Source of the DNA: an uncultured candidate division Zixibacteria bacterium
GTDB taxonomy: Bacteria; Zixibacteria; MSB-5A5; GN15; FEB-12
Assembly: GCA_963806185.1 (NCBI GenBank)
Contig: CAWDXE010000001.1
Location: forward strand, 608,001-672,000
Direction of reading: 5' to 3'
Length of the DNA: 64,000 nt
How positions within the stretch are numbered: the stretch's first letter is position 1; each line of letters opens with the position of its first letter. Shown here piece by piece: positions 11,927 through 21,846 of the stretch. The notes beneath the pieces are model-generated. The model was not told the origin of the DNA and ran no database searches. It saw nothing but the letters and a program-made list of their open reading frames with translations. The position numbers and the translations under genes were made by a program.

Positions 11927-12817
11927 ATGAATCATGCAACTACTGTGACTTTGCTTGAGCAGATGGGGCTGACCCCGCTCGAAGCGCAGGTCTATATCCA
12001 CCTCCTCCAATCACCGCCGGCCACCGGCTACGGAATAGCCAAAGCGATCGGGAAGCCGACGGCGAATACCTACAAGGCCATCGATTCACTGACCGCCAAG
12101 GGCGCGATTCTGGCCGATGACGCCCCGACTCGTCAGTATCGAGCGACCCCGGTATCCGATTTTCTCAGTTCCTATGGAGAACGGCAGAAAAAACTCGGGG
12201 AGCGTGTCAGTCTGGCGCTGACGGGTATCGAGCGCACGTGGAGTGACGACCGGGTATACCAGCTTTCGACAGTGGATCAGGTAATGCAGGGATGTCGCCG
12301 CATGATCAAAGATGCCAAGCGGGTCATACTCTTTGACCTCTTTCCCAAACCGATGGCGGACCTCGGTGGGGATCTTGAGCGTGCGGCAAAGCGGGGAGTG
12401 CAGGTCGTGGTGAAAATCTACTCTCCTGTAATTCTCAAGCGAGTCGACGTCCTCCTCCCTGATGATCCTGAGGTGGTGCTGTCGCGCTGGCCGGGACAGT
12501 GGGTCAACGGTGTTGTCGATGGCCGGGAACACCAGTTGGCCTTCCTTTCACAAGATATGACCAGAGTATATCAGGCGATTTGGAGCACAAGCGAATACCT
12601 CTCCTGGATGTATCACAACGGCATCGCCTCCGAGTTCGTCCACACAGCCATTGGCGCGGTACTTCGGAGCGGCGGTTCCGTTGACGATATCGCCGAAGTC
12701 TATGAAAAATATCGCGGTTTGCTCACTATGGACGCTCCCGGATACGCGTCGCTCATGCGCCGATTCGGCGCCGGTGCTTCCGCTACAAACAGCCACAAGA
12801 AGACTCGTCACAAATAG
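11927..12817 (+). CDS. TrmB-family transcriptional regulator
   Basis: GLTPLEAQVYIHLL...ATGYGIAK wHTH plus a C-terminal effector domain. Confidence 0.85.
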   Translation: MNHATTVTLLEQMGLTPLEAQVYIHLLQSPPATGYGIAKAIGKPTANTYKAIDSLTAKGAILADDAPTRQYRATPVSDFLSSYGERQKKLGERVSLALTGIERTWSDDRVYQLSTVDQVMQGCRRMIKDAKRVILFDLFPKPMADLGGDLERAAKRGVQVVVKIYSPVILKRVDVLLPDDPEVVLSRWPGQWVNGVVDGREHQLAFLSQDMTRVYQAIWSTSEYLSWMYHNGIASEFVHTAIGAVLRSGGSVDDIAEVYEKYRGLLTMDAPGYASLMRRFGAGASATNSHKKTRHK

Positions 12818-12826
12818 GAGAAGAAT

Positions 12827-14710
12827 ATGGAAACGTTACGGTCAGTATTCAAGGCGATCGTGCTATCCCTGGCCATCACCCTGGGATGCGCTATGACTGG
12901 AGGTGCTCAGGTGCTCAGCGTAGACCAGGTGCTGGATAGGTGGGCGCAGGCCCTCGGGGGGAGAGAAAAGTTGGCGGCGCAGAAAAGTATCCACACGCTG
13001 CTGCAAGTAAAGACCTCCGGTCTCACAGGCACTATGGATGATTACTGGTCAATCGACGGCCGCAGTGCATACTATCTCTCGCTGGCCAACGGCGCGGTCA
13101 AGATCAGCGGCGGCTGTGCTGCTGATGCCTGCTGGCAGAAGGACATGAACGGTCAGATTCGGCCGCTGGCAGGGGCCGACTTGCAAGGCGCTAATACCGG
13201 AAAGTATCTGGCCAACTGTGCCCAGTTCTTTCCCGATCGCGCCGCAGGTCAGGTCACTCTCATCAAGTCAAACAAGCCAAGCGAAGTCGCCGTTCTCATC
13301 GCCCCTGAAGGCGGCCAGGCAGTGACCTACTTTCTAGATAAAAAGACCTACCTGCCGATTCGTTCGGAGTCGCAGGCTGACGATCGTGTTCAAACCACCT
13401 GGTATCGCGATTGGCGGTCGGTCGATGGGATGCAAGTCTCCTTCCAAGTGCAACAGGGATTTGGCGACACTCTTCGCGACATGTTCCTGAGCGTACAGCA
13501 GGTCGAATCAAACACGGTCATCCCCGATTCCCTGCTGGCCGCGCCGACAAATCGCGTCAGAGACTACACGTTCGCAAAAGGGACGGAAGCCAGGGACATA
13601 CCCTTCGAGCTGGTGAACAACCACATCTATGTCCCCGTACAGGTCAACGGATCGCGCAAACTCTGGTTCATTTTCGATAGCGGCGCCGAAATGTCATGCA
13701 TCAATGATCGCGTGGCCAAGGAACTGGGCGTCAATACATCGGGTGACCTCGAAGGGCGCGGCGTGGGTGAGAAATCGGTGTCGGTCGCGCTTGCTCAGGG
13801 TTTGACGTACGAATTGCCGGGCGTAACCGTGGCTAACCAAATTGCGGCCGTCATACCCTTTGCCCAACTTGAACCTATCGAGGGGCGTGCGATCGACGGC
13901 GTGCTTGGTTATGATTTCCTCAGCCGATTCGTGGTTGAGATCCGCTATGACCGGAATTCGATCTCCCTCTATGAACCCTCTACCTTCGCCTATCACGGTC
14001 AGGCTGCCCCGATCAGCTTCGAGTTAGAGGGGAGTCTTCCCATCGTGCCTTTGGAGGTTACGGTGGCCGGCTGTCCGCCGCTGAAGGGCCGGTTCTTGAT
14101 GGACACCGGTATGCGCAGCGCGATTTCAATCAGCAGCCCAACCGTGCGCGCCAACAATCTGATGGCGTGTGTCACCAAGTCCATTGAAGTACAGCGTTAC
14201 GGGGGAGTCGGCGGCCAGAGCAAAGCAAACGTGTCACGAGCTTCGTCAGTCGTGATCGGCGGCCAGACCATCAAGAACCTGGTGGTTGAACTCTCACTGG
14301 ACACCCTGGGCGCTGCCGCTTCCACGCAGCAAAACGGTTCCTTTGGCGGCGAAATCCTACGCCGATTTGCCGTCACCTTTGATTACCGGAAGCATGAGTT
14401 GTATCTCGAGCCAAACGGCAATCTGTCTGACCCCGACGAATACACCATGGTTGGACTGCAACTCGGGCTCGGCGAGAATATGAAGGATGAAATCAGAATC
14501 ATGAGTGTGATACCAACGTCGCCGGCAGATAAGGCCGGTCTGCAGGTTGGCGATATTATTCAATCGTTAGACGGCAAAGCGCTGGCCGGCTTGAAACTTC
14601 GAGAAGTGTATGACCTTCTCAAGGGTGAACCGAAGACCAAAGTGAAAGTTACATTTCTGCGCGGTACTGTCGCGAAGAACACCACCGTCACTCTCGCTCG
14701 TCTTATCTGA
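12827..14710 (+). CDS. Secreted retropepsin-like aspartyl protease with C-terminal PDZ domain
   Basis: Signal peptide; FIFDSGA and FLMDTG catalytic motifs; GVLGYDFL; SPADKAGLQVGDII PDZ motif. Confidence 0.85.
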   Translation: METLRSVFKAIVLSLAITLGCAMTGGAQVLSVDQVLDRWAQALGGREKLAAQKSIHTLLQVKTSGLTGTMDDYWSIDGRSAYYLSLANGAVKISGGCAADACWQKDMNGQIRPLAGADLQGANTGKYLANCAQFFPDRAAGQVTLIKSNKPSEVAVLIAPEGGQAVTYFLDKKTYLPIRSESQADDRVQTTWYRDWRSVDGMQVSFQVQQGFGDTLRDMFLSVQQVESNTVIPDSLLAAPTNRVRDYTFAKGTEARDIPFELVNNHIYVPVQVNGSRKLWFIFDSGAEMSCINDRVAKELGVNTSGDLEGRGVGEKSVSVALAQGLTYELPGVTVANQIAAVIPFAQLEPIEGRAIDGVLGYDFLSRFVVEIRYDRNSISLYEPSTFAYHGQAAPISFELEGSLPIVPLEVTVAGCPPLKGRFLMDTGMRSAISISSPTVRANNLMACVTKSIEVQRYGGVGGQSKANVSRASSVVIGGQTIKNLVVELSLDTLGAAASTQQNGSFGGEILRRFAVTFDYRKHELYLEPNGNLSDPDEYTMVGLQLGLGENMKDEIRIMSVIPTSPADKAGLQVGDIIQSLDGKALAGLKLREVYDLLKGEPKTKVKVTFLRGTVAKNTTVTLARLI

Positions 14711-14789
14711 GTGGTGAAGGTATCATCAGATGTGAAGTGGAAATAACCTTGGTCGTAACGTGCGAGCAGGGCTGGACTCTCAGAAAAGA

Positions 14790-14821
14790 AAAACCCCTTG
14801 GGCCGAGGCTCAAGGGGTTTT
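14790..14821. terminator. Bidirectional intrinsic terminator
   Basis: AAAACCCCTTG-ggccgaggct-CAAGGGGTTTT between convergent genes. Confidence 0.8.
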
Positions 14822-14844
14822 GACTTTCTCAGACGCCGGTAAAA

Positions 14845-15030
14845 TCAGGCGTACACTTCTTTTTCGTTGCACTTGCAGACGCCGGTATTGAGCGAGCGGA
14901 ATTTCCACCCGCCTTCGGCCTTCACCGCCTTGACGTGGCGGATGTAGGTAATTTCACCGGAGCAGACCGGGCAAGTCGGGTGCATTGCCTTCTTACTGGT
15001 CTTATCAAGGAAGCTCTGTTTCTTTGCCAT
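14845..15030 (-). CDS. Small basic protein with four Cys (putative Zn ribbon)
   Basis: MAKKQSF...CPVC...CKC, 61 aa. Confidence 0.6.
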   Translation of the reverse strand: MAKKQSFLDKTSKKAMHPTCPVCSGEITYIRHVKAVKAEGGWKFRSLNTGVCKCNEKEVYA

Positions 15031-15265
15031 ACGGTAATACCTCTTCTATTTCAATCTTCTCATTTACCTCGGTTTGCGAAACCAACTCTTCCTTAACAGC
15101 AACCAGTAGCCGAGTGGTTTCCTGCAACAGGGCAAATTCGGCGTTATCCGCAAAAAAAGGTGCGGCTTTCTCAAAATAGGCCAGCGCGGAGCGGAAGTTC
15201 TTCTGCCGCAACGCCACCAAGGCCAAGTAATACGCCTTTTCCGATGCGTTAAGCACGGGCTTCAC
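15005..15265 (-). CDS. Hypothetical protein (single TPR-like helix pair)
   Basis: AYYLALVALRQKNFRSALAYFEKA; overlaps both neighbours. Confidence 0.55.
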   Translation of the reverse strand: MKPVLNASEKAYYLALVALRQKNFRSALAYFEKAAPFFADNAEFALLQETTRLLVAVKEELVSQTEVNEKIEIEEVLPYGKETELP

Positions 15266-15959
15266 CCTCCCGCTGGGCCGCCTCGGCGGCTTTCAGCCTC
15301 TTAACGTACGGTTCGACTTTGTACCCTCGTTGCTTGAGGTAATATATAATTGTGGCCGACAAAAGCAAGGCATCCCGTCGATCTTGAAGCTCGGCCGCCC
15401 GGAGACTCTCATCCAGAGCACTCAAAATGTGAACCCGATTCCGGGAATAGTCGTCAAACAGCGATGAAAGCTGCGTTAAGACGTTACGGAATAAAGAGAT
15501 AGTGTCCGTTTCCGGCTCTGCCGGTGGAACCGTCAAACCTTCCGACCCCCGCTTCAATACTAGTTTGGCAACCGGCTCGGCTGGTTTGCTTGGCTTGACT
15601 GGCTCCGGGTTATCACCGCTTCGGGCCTGCCAGCGGTCGATTTCCCGAGAGATTTTGTTTATGGCCGGGGACGATTCTTCGGATACACGCAATTCCCGGC
15701 GTATCTCGCCAAGGATGGTCCGAATCCGGTTTTGCTCGGCTGGACGAAGACTCTGCGTATGCAGCCAGTCAGAGTGCTTGGCGAACCACATCCCCATTTC
15801 GTCGGTCAATTCATTCCCCTGCTCCACACCTCGGGCAATGTCATCAAGTCGATTGATTCCATCCAGAACTCGTAGCCGTTCGGATTTCACCTGGACGGCG
15901 CGCTCGAGGAAGGATTCGAGGACCTGTTCCAGTTTGCGGAGAGTGGTGGCGTCGGTCAC
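15249..15959 (-). CDS. Hypothetical helical protein
   Basis: 236-aa ORF overlapping both neighbours in an operon. Confidence 0.65.
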   Translation of the reverse strand: MTDATTLRKLEQVLESFLERAVQVKSERLRVLDGINRLDDIARGVEQGNELTDEMGMWFAKHSDWLHTQSLRPAEQNRIRTILGEIRRELRVSEESSPAINKISREIDRWQARSGDNPEPVKPSKPAEPVAKLVLKRGSEGLTVPPAEPETDTISLFRNVLTQLSSLFDDYSRNRVHILSALDESLRAAELQDRRDALLLSATIIYYLKQRGYKVEPYVKRLKAAEAAQREGEARA

Positions 15960-16825
15960 TGCGATTCTCCAATATAGGTCTTGGTGATCTGGCGCACGGC
16001 CGGCCGCGTACCCGACTTGGCGGTCAGGTAATCTTCAAAAAGCCCGGCTAGGCGATTGACCATGGTATCGAGATTGGACGACGTCGGACTTGGCCGTGTT
16101 ACCGGTTTGTCCGAGAGGACGATGAGCCCGGCCAGTTTCAGTTCGGCCATATGCCTGAGTGTTTCCTCGCGGCCCATGGTGGAAACAGTGCAGATCTCTT
16201 CGATCGAGCGCAGTCCGTTGACCAGCGCCATCGTATTCCACTCCGACGCCTCCATGGTGACTGCGCGCTTGCGACCGGAGAATGAATTCGAGATCACGTA
16301 GACGGCGTGCGGATCCGGCAGTGCCTCCTTGATCAGGTTCTGTTCGTCGAGCCGGCGGAGTCCTTCGAGGATTACATTTTCCACCGACAGCCGGACGGTG
16401 ATTTCCTCGTCGGTCGGAAACTGATTCTCATAGAACTTGAACGAGCCGTTTTGCCATGAAAGGAGCGAGAAGAGCAGTTCCTCCACCTGGTGCTGGATCA
16501 CCTTTTGCAGATCGGCGCGATCGATGAATCCTTTGTTGACGAGGATCTCGCCAAGCCGCCGTGAGTTTTCCGTTCTTGCTTGTGTGTTGACGGCCTCTTC
16601 CAGTTGTGTAGCGGTGAGGAGGCCCCGTTCTTTCAGCAATTGACCGAGATGGAAAGTCTGGCGCGGGCCGTAGCCATAGACAATATCGCCGCGATCGAAG
16701 TAGACCATGACAATGGAATCGTCCCTCTGAATGCCGAGAGTTCCGGATTTGCGGCTGGCCGCTATGAGCTGGAAAATTTCCGGCAGGGTAAATTTCTCTA
16801 TATTCCCTTGTAGATCGAGATCCAT
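15956..16825 (-). CDS. DUF4388 (PATAN-like) protein with tandem MshEN-like motifs
   Basis: LQGNIEKFTLPEIFQLI...KSGTL; HLGQLLKERGLL and RLGEILVNKGFI. Confidence 0.8.
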   Translation of the reverse strand: MDLDLQGNIEKFTLPEIFQLIAASRKSGTLGIQRDDSIVMVYFDRGDIVYGYGPRQTFHLGQLLKERGLLTATQLEEAVNTQARTENSRRLGEILVNKGFIDRADLQKVIQHQVEELLFSLLSWQNGSFKFYENQFPTDEEITVRLSVENVILEGLRRLDEQNLIKEALPDPHAVYVISNSFSGRKRAVTMEASEWNTMALVNGLRSIEEICTVSTMGREETLRHMAELKLAGLIVLSDKPVTRPSPTSSNLDTMVNRLAGLFEDYLTAKSGTRPAVRQITKTYIGESQ

Positions 16826-17129
16826 ACTGTGCTTTCCGATGGCAGGTTCGGCCTGGCGGCTGCGCTCCGCGGAGCAGTCGCACTGCGGTCGTGATTATTA
16901 ATTGTGACCGGACTGAAACCTGAAATGTTCTAACAGGTTACCGCCCAACAATCACTCCCCCCAAACTTATGGCCTCACCTCTGTTCCGTCAACGGGGATT
17001 TTCGGAAATTTGCCGAAAGTCTTAGAAAAGAGACCGTTCGGGTTCGTACGGTAGCCGATTCGCCGTTTTTTTGTAGCCTGATTTGCTCGCCCAGCCTACG
17101 TTTGGCATGGGATCGAGGACGATGGACTG

Positions 17130-17786
17130 ATGAGTACGCTCTACAACACGATTCGTGTCATCAAGATCGAACCGCTGGGTCTGGACTATCGAGTGACGAT
17201 ATCCAGTCTCGACCGTTTGTTGATTATTCCCGGCGAGCTGCTGCACGAATACCGTCTTAAGGAAGGCATCGTTCTCACGACTCAACAGCTCGACGTTCTT
17301 CTGCGCGAGGCCGAACTCGCCGCCTGCGAGCGGCAGGCCATGCGATATCTCGCTCTGCGCGATCGGGCGGAAGGCGAGTTACGCATGAAGCTCCGCGACA
17401 AGCGCTTCGGTAACGAGGCGATCGACACCGTCATCAAGAGGTTTCATCAAAAGGGGTTGATCGACGACGCCCGCGTGGCTTTCCTGCTGCTCAAACAGGT
17501 TCTGGACAAGAATCCGGCCGGCCGCAGTTTTCTCATCGCTTACCTCCGCAAGAAATATATCGAGCAGCACCTCGCCGAGCAGACGGTCGACCTGGCCCTG
17601 GTCGATCGCGACGAACTGGATATCGCCGTCGAAATGCTCCAAAGCCGCTGGATCCGATTCAGCAAGTTTGACCTTGAGGATGCCCGCCGTAAGGCCTATT
17701 ATTACCTGTCACGGAGAGGGGTTGGGTTCAACGCCGCGAAAGAGGCGTTCGACCGTGTGTACAACCAGCAGAAACACGAGGCGTGA
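17130..17786 (+). CDS. recX: Regulatory protein RecX
   Basis: AMRYLALRDRAEGELRMKL, GLIDD, YYLSRRG; sits upstream of alaS. Confidence 0.8.
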   Translation: MSTLYNTIRVIKIEPLGLDYRVTISSLDRLLIIPGELLHEYRLKEGIVLTTQQLDVLLREAELAACERQAMRYLALRDRAEGELRMKLRDKRFGNEAIDTVIKRFHQKGLIDDARVAFLLLKQVLDKNPAGRSFLIAYLRKKYIEQHLAEQTVDLALVDRDELDIAVEMLQSRWIRFSKFDLEDARRKAYYYLSRRGVGFNAAKEAFDRVYNQQKHEA

Positions 17787-17827
17787 GCCTCTGACAGTGT
17801 AACATTTTAGGTACTTCAGTCTTCACC

Positions 17828-20482
17828 ATGACCATGCAGAAATTATCGACGGCCCAAATCCGTCAGTCCTTCCTTTCGATACTTTACGAACCGCGGACAC
17901 AGGCTGGTACCGTCGTCGCCGGTTATCCCGTTCGACGATCCCACTATTCTGTTCACCAACGCCGGTATGAATCAGTTCAAGGATGTCTTCACCGGCAAGC
18001 GCACGTCGGACTTCAAACGGGCCACCAGCTCCCAGAAATGCATTCGAGCCGGCGGCAAGCATAATGATCTCGACAATGTCGGCTTTACCGCCCGTCATCA
18101 TACGTTCTTTGAAATGCTCGGGAATTTCTCGTTCGGCGATTATTTCAAGGAAGAGGCGATCGGCTTTGCCTGGGAATGGGTGACCAAAGAGCTGAAATTG
18201 CCCGTCGATCGGCTGTACGCGACTGTGTATGAGACCGACGATGACGCGTTTAATCTCTGGGGCAAGATTGCGCCGGAATTGAAGAATGGCCGGATTCTCC
18301 GTTTCGGCAAGAAGGACAACTTCTGGTCAATGGGCGATATCGGTCCGTGCGGCCCCTGCTCGGAAATCCATTACGACCGCGGCGAAAAGTACGGCACCGG
18401 TCCGGAAGACGTGGTCAATGGCGAGACCGAGCGGTTTGTCGAAATCTGGAATCTGGTCTTCATGCAGTACGAGCAGATGCCGGACGGTCAGGTTGTTCCG
18501 CTGCCGAAACCGTCGGTCGATACCGGCGCCGGTCTCGAACGAATTGCCGCAATTCTGCAGGGGTGCGACACCAATTACGGAATCGACCTTTTCCAGAATA
18601 TCATCCGGGCGATCTCCACAGCAAACGGGCGCCGGTATCTATGACCACAAGGTATCGCATCATGTCGTCGCTGACCATCTGCGCGCGTTGACTTTTTCGA
18701 TCGCCGACGGCGCCGGGATTTCCAACGAAGGGCGCGGCTATGTGCTGCGGCGAATTCTGCGGCGGGCGGCGCGTCATGGCCGCAATCTCGGCGCGCATGA
18801 ACCGTTCATCTACAAACTCGTACCGACGCTGGTAAAGCAGATGGGTGAGGCCTATCCGGAGATCCGGGAGAAGCAGGATCATATCATGAATGTGATTCGC
18901 GCGGAGGAAGAATCGTTTGGCCGGACGCTGGAGACGGGACTTGACCTGTTTGACAAAGTAGCGAAGAAAGTTCACGCCACCGGCAATAAAATTGTCCCCG
19001 GCGACGAGGTCTTTCGCTTATACGATACTTATGGCTTCCCCTACGATTTGACTGAGACGATTGCGCACGAGCAGGGACTGACGCTGGATCAGGTTGGCTT
19101 TGAGAAGGCGATGACAGAGCAGCAGGAGCGGTCGAGGGCGGGTTCGTCGTTTGCCGACGTTGCAGGCGCAGAGTCTCCGGAATGTATTGAGACGTTTCAG
19201 ACTAGAGGTCTTCGCAGACATTCTTCCAACGAAGTTTGTTCGAGATTTGTTAACCGTTGAGGCCGAGGTCTCGAGCTGCCTTGGGCAGAAGATCGTCGGG
19301 TGACTGTCATACTTGATCGAACTCCGTTTTATGTCGAAGCCGGAGGCCAGATAGGTGATACCGGTACGATTTCCAATGAGCATTGGTCAATGACAGTCAA
19401 TCACTTGAGTATCCATGACGGATACTACTATCACATTGGTGACTTGACCGCGGCTCCATTCGAGATACTGCAAGAGTATCAGAGCGTCACTGCCTCCGTC
19501 GATTCTTCCCGCCGCTGGGATATCATGCGCAATCACACGGCTACCCACCTCCTGCACAAAGCTCTGCGCATGACGCTCGGCGATCATGTCAAGCAGTCCG
19601 GCTCGTATGTCGGCCCCGACCGTCTCCGGTTTGACTTTTCGCATCATCAACCGATGACGCCCGACGAAATCCGTCGCGTGGAAGAAATCGTCAACGGCGA
19701 GATCATCAAGGGTACAGCCGGTCGACACAAAGGAAATGCCGATCGAAGAAGCAAAGAAATCCGGTGCGATGGCGCTCTTCGGCGAGAAATATGGCGACAA
19801 GTGCGGGTGGTGTCGGTGCCGCACCTTCTCCAAAGAACTCTGCGGCGGTACTCATGTGCAGAATGTCGGCCAGATCGGTTCGCTGGTCGTGACTCTTGAA
19901 ACCGGCATTGCCAGCGGCGTTCGTCGTATCGAGGCAATCACCGGCCGCGCGGCCACCGAGTATCTGCTCGATCTGAAACGATTCCGCCAACAGGTAGCTC
20001 AAGCGGTGAACCGTCCGGAAGCGGAGGCACTCAAAGGACTCGAAGCATTGAAAGAGTCCAACACCTCCCTGCAGAAGGAAATCAAGAAAACCAAGCAGGC
20101 AATGTTCAGTGGTGGAAGCGGCGCAACCGGCGACGAAAGAAAAATCGGCCCGGTCCTCTTCTTGTCGCATGATTTCGGCGAAGCCGATACCGACACTATT
20201 GCCGCCTGGATCGATTCAGTGAAGGACAAGCCGCAGCCGGTGGTGGCGGTCGGCATGGCGCAGACCAATGGGAAAGTGTCGGTGACGGTCGCCGCCAACG
20301 GACCCGCCGTGCAAAATCATAAACTGAGCGCCGGTGACATAGCTAAGGAAGTCTTCTCCCGATTCGGTGGCCGAGGCGGGGGAAAGCCGACCTTTGCGCA
20401 AGGCTCGATTGCCACGGGAAGCGACAGTAGAGCCTTCTTCGACGCTATCGTGGAAATACTCACCGGTAAAGTGGGCGCATAA
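17828..20482 (+). CDS. alaS: Alanine-tRNA ligase, split over several frames (probably sequence indels)
   Basis: Collinear fragments: [16 protein letters not shown]...[24 protein letters not shown]...[13 protein letters not shown]...[21 protein letters not shown]...[17 protein letters not shown]...GGRGGG. Confidence 0.93.
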
Positions 20483-20487
20483 CTCGG

Positions 20488-21252
20488 ATGCATAACGGCA
20501 TTTACCAGACACTCTGTACGGTCCGCGCTCGACGCGGCGGCTGCTTTCTGCTCCTCATTGATCCGGACAAGATCGCCTCGCGTGAATATCTCACGCTGAC
20601 TGAATCGGCCGAGTCGTGCGGAGTCGACGCCATACTTGTCGGCACATCGTTCATGCTTAAGAGCGATTTTGACGGCGCGGTACTCTCCATAAAAAAGTCA
20701 ACTTCGTTACCGGTGATCATCTTCCCCGGTTCCTATACGCAGATTACGCCGCACGCGGATGCCATCCTGTTTACGTCGCTCATCTCCTGCCGCAATCCGC
20801 ATTACTTGATCGAAGAGCAGGTCAAGGGCGCACCGTTCGTGAAGGCGGCCAATATCGAATCGATCCCCACCGGCTATATGCTGATCGAATCAGGCAACTT
20901 GACCTCAGTACAATTTATCTCCGGCTCTCTGCCGATCCCGCGCAGCAAACCGGATATCGCATGCGCTCACGCGCTGGCGGCGCAGTATCTGGGCATGAAA
21001 CTGGTCTATCTCGAGGCCGGCTCGGGCGCCGATCAACCGGTGCCGGTCGAAATGGTACGGGCGGTGGCAGGATATGTCGATATCCCTGTCATGGTCGGCG
21101 GCGGATTGCGTACTCCCGATGATTGTGCTCGACGAATCGATGCGGGAGCATCGTTTGTCATCATGGGCAATCACCTGGAGACTGACGGTGAGCTCTCCCT
21201 TCTCCGCGAACTCACGGCTGCAACCCACCCGAGGGAATCCGTCACGGTATGA
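20488..21252 (+). CDS. Geranylgeranylglyceryl phosphate synthase family (group II-like)
   Basis: LIDPDK, IIFPG, SLISCRNPHYLI, PTGYMLI, YLEAGSGA, VGGGLR. Confidence 0.88.
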   Translation: MHNGIYQTLCTVRARRGGCFLLLIDPDKIASREYLTLTESAESCGVDAILVGTSFMLKSDFDGAVLSIKKSTSLPVIIFPGSYTQITPHADAILFTSLISCRNPHYLIEEQVKGAPFVKAANIESIPTGYMLIESGNLTSVQFISGSLPIPRSKPDIACAHALAAQYLGMKLVYLEAGSGADQPVPVEMVRAVAGYVDIPVMVGGGLRTPDDCARRIDAGASFVIMGNHLETDGELSLLRELTAATHPRESVTV

Positions 21253-21846
21253 ATCAGGTCGAAAAACTGGAAGCGCTGCGACGTCAGACCGAGGATACCG
21301 CGATCCTCCGCCAGTCACTGGTGAAGCAAAACGGCGCCCAGTTGCTGGAAATGGCAAATGTCATCGCCGGCGTTATCGGTTCCGGGGGCAAGATTCTGAT
21401 CGCCGGAAACGGCGGCGCCGCCGCCCTGGGTTCGTTGTTCGCCGGAGAGTTGATTGGCAAGATCGGCACTGAACGAGGCCGCCAGGCATTGCCGGCCATC
21501 TCGCTTTCGGCTGATTCATCGATGATCACGGGCGCGGCTGAATCGTTTGGTTACGATCAGTTGTTCGCGCGACAGATCGAGGCACTCGGCCACCGGCTTG
21601 ACCTGCTGATTGTCCTCTCCCCTACGGGCAACGACGCCAATCTGGTCGCGGCACTCAAGGCGGCACGGGCGGCCAATCTGATCACCATGGCGGTCCTCGG
21701 TGGATCGGGCGGTAATCTGCGGAGCTCTGGCCGACCGATCGATTGTCATCCCGCACCCACTCACGCAGCGAGTGCTGGAGGAGACGCTGTACGTGCTGCA
21801 TCTCCTGGTTGAGCTGATCGAACACGATCTCGTTGCCACCAAATGA
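21249..21846 (+). CDS. GmhA/DiaA-like SIS-domain protein, frameshift near 21730
   Basis: KILIAGNGG, LPAISLSAD, FARQIEALG. The C-terminus LADRSIVIP...QRVLEE...LVELIE continues in another frame to TGA at 21846. Confidence 0.75.

Noticed and set aside
17828..20482. alaS as a true pseudogene or programmed frameshift
   Set aside because: Essential gene with many scattered indels and intact motifs; sequence error is more parsimonious.
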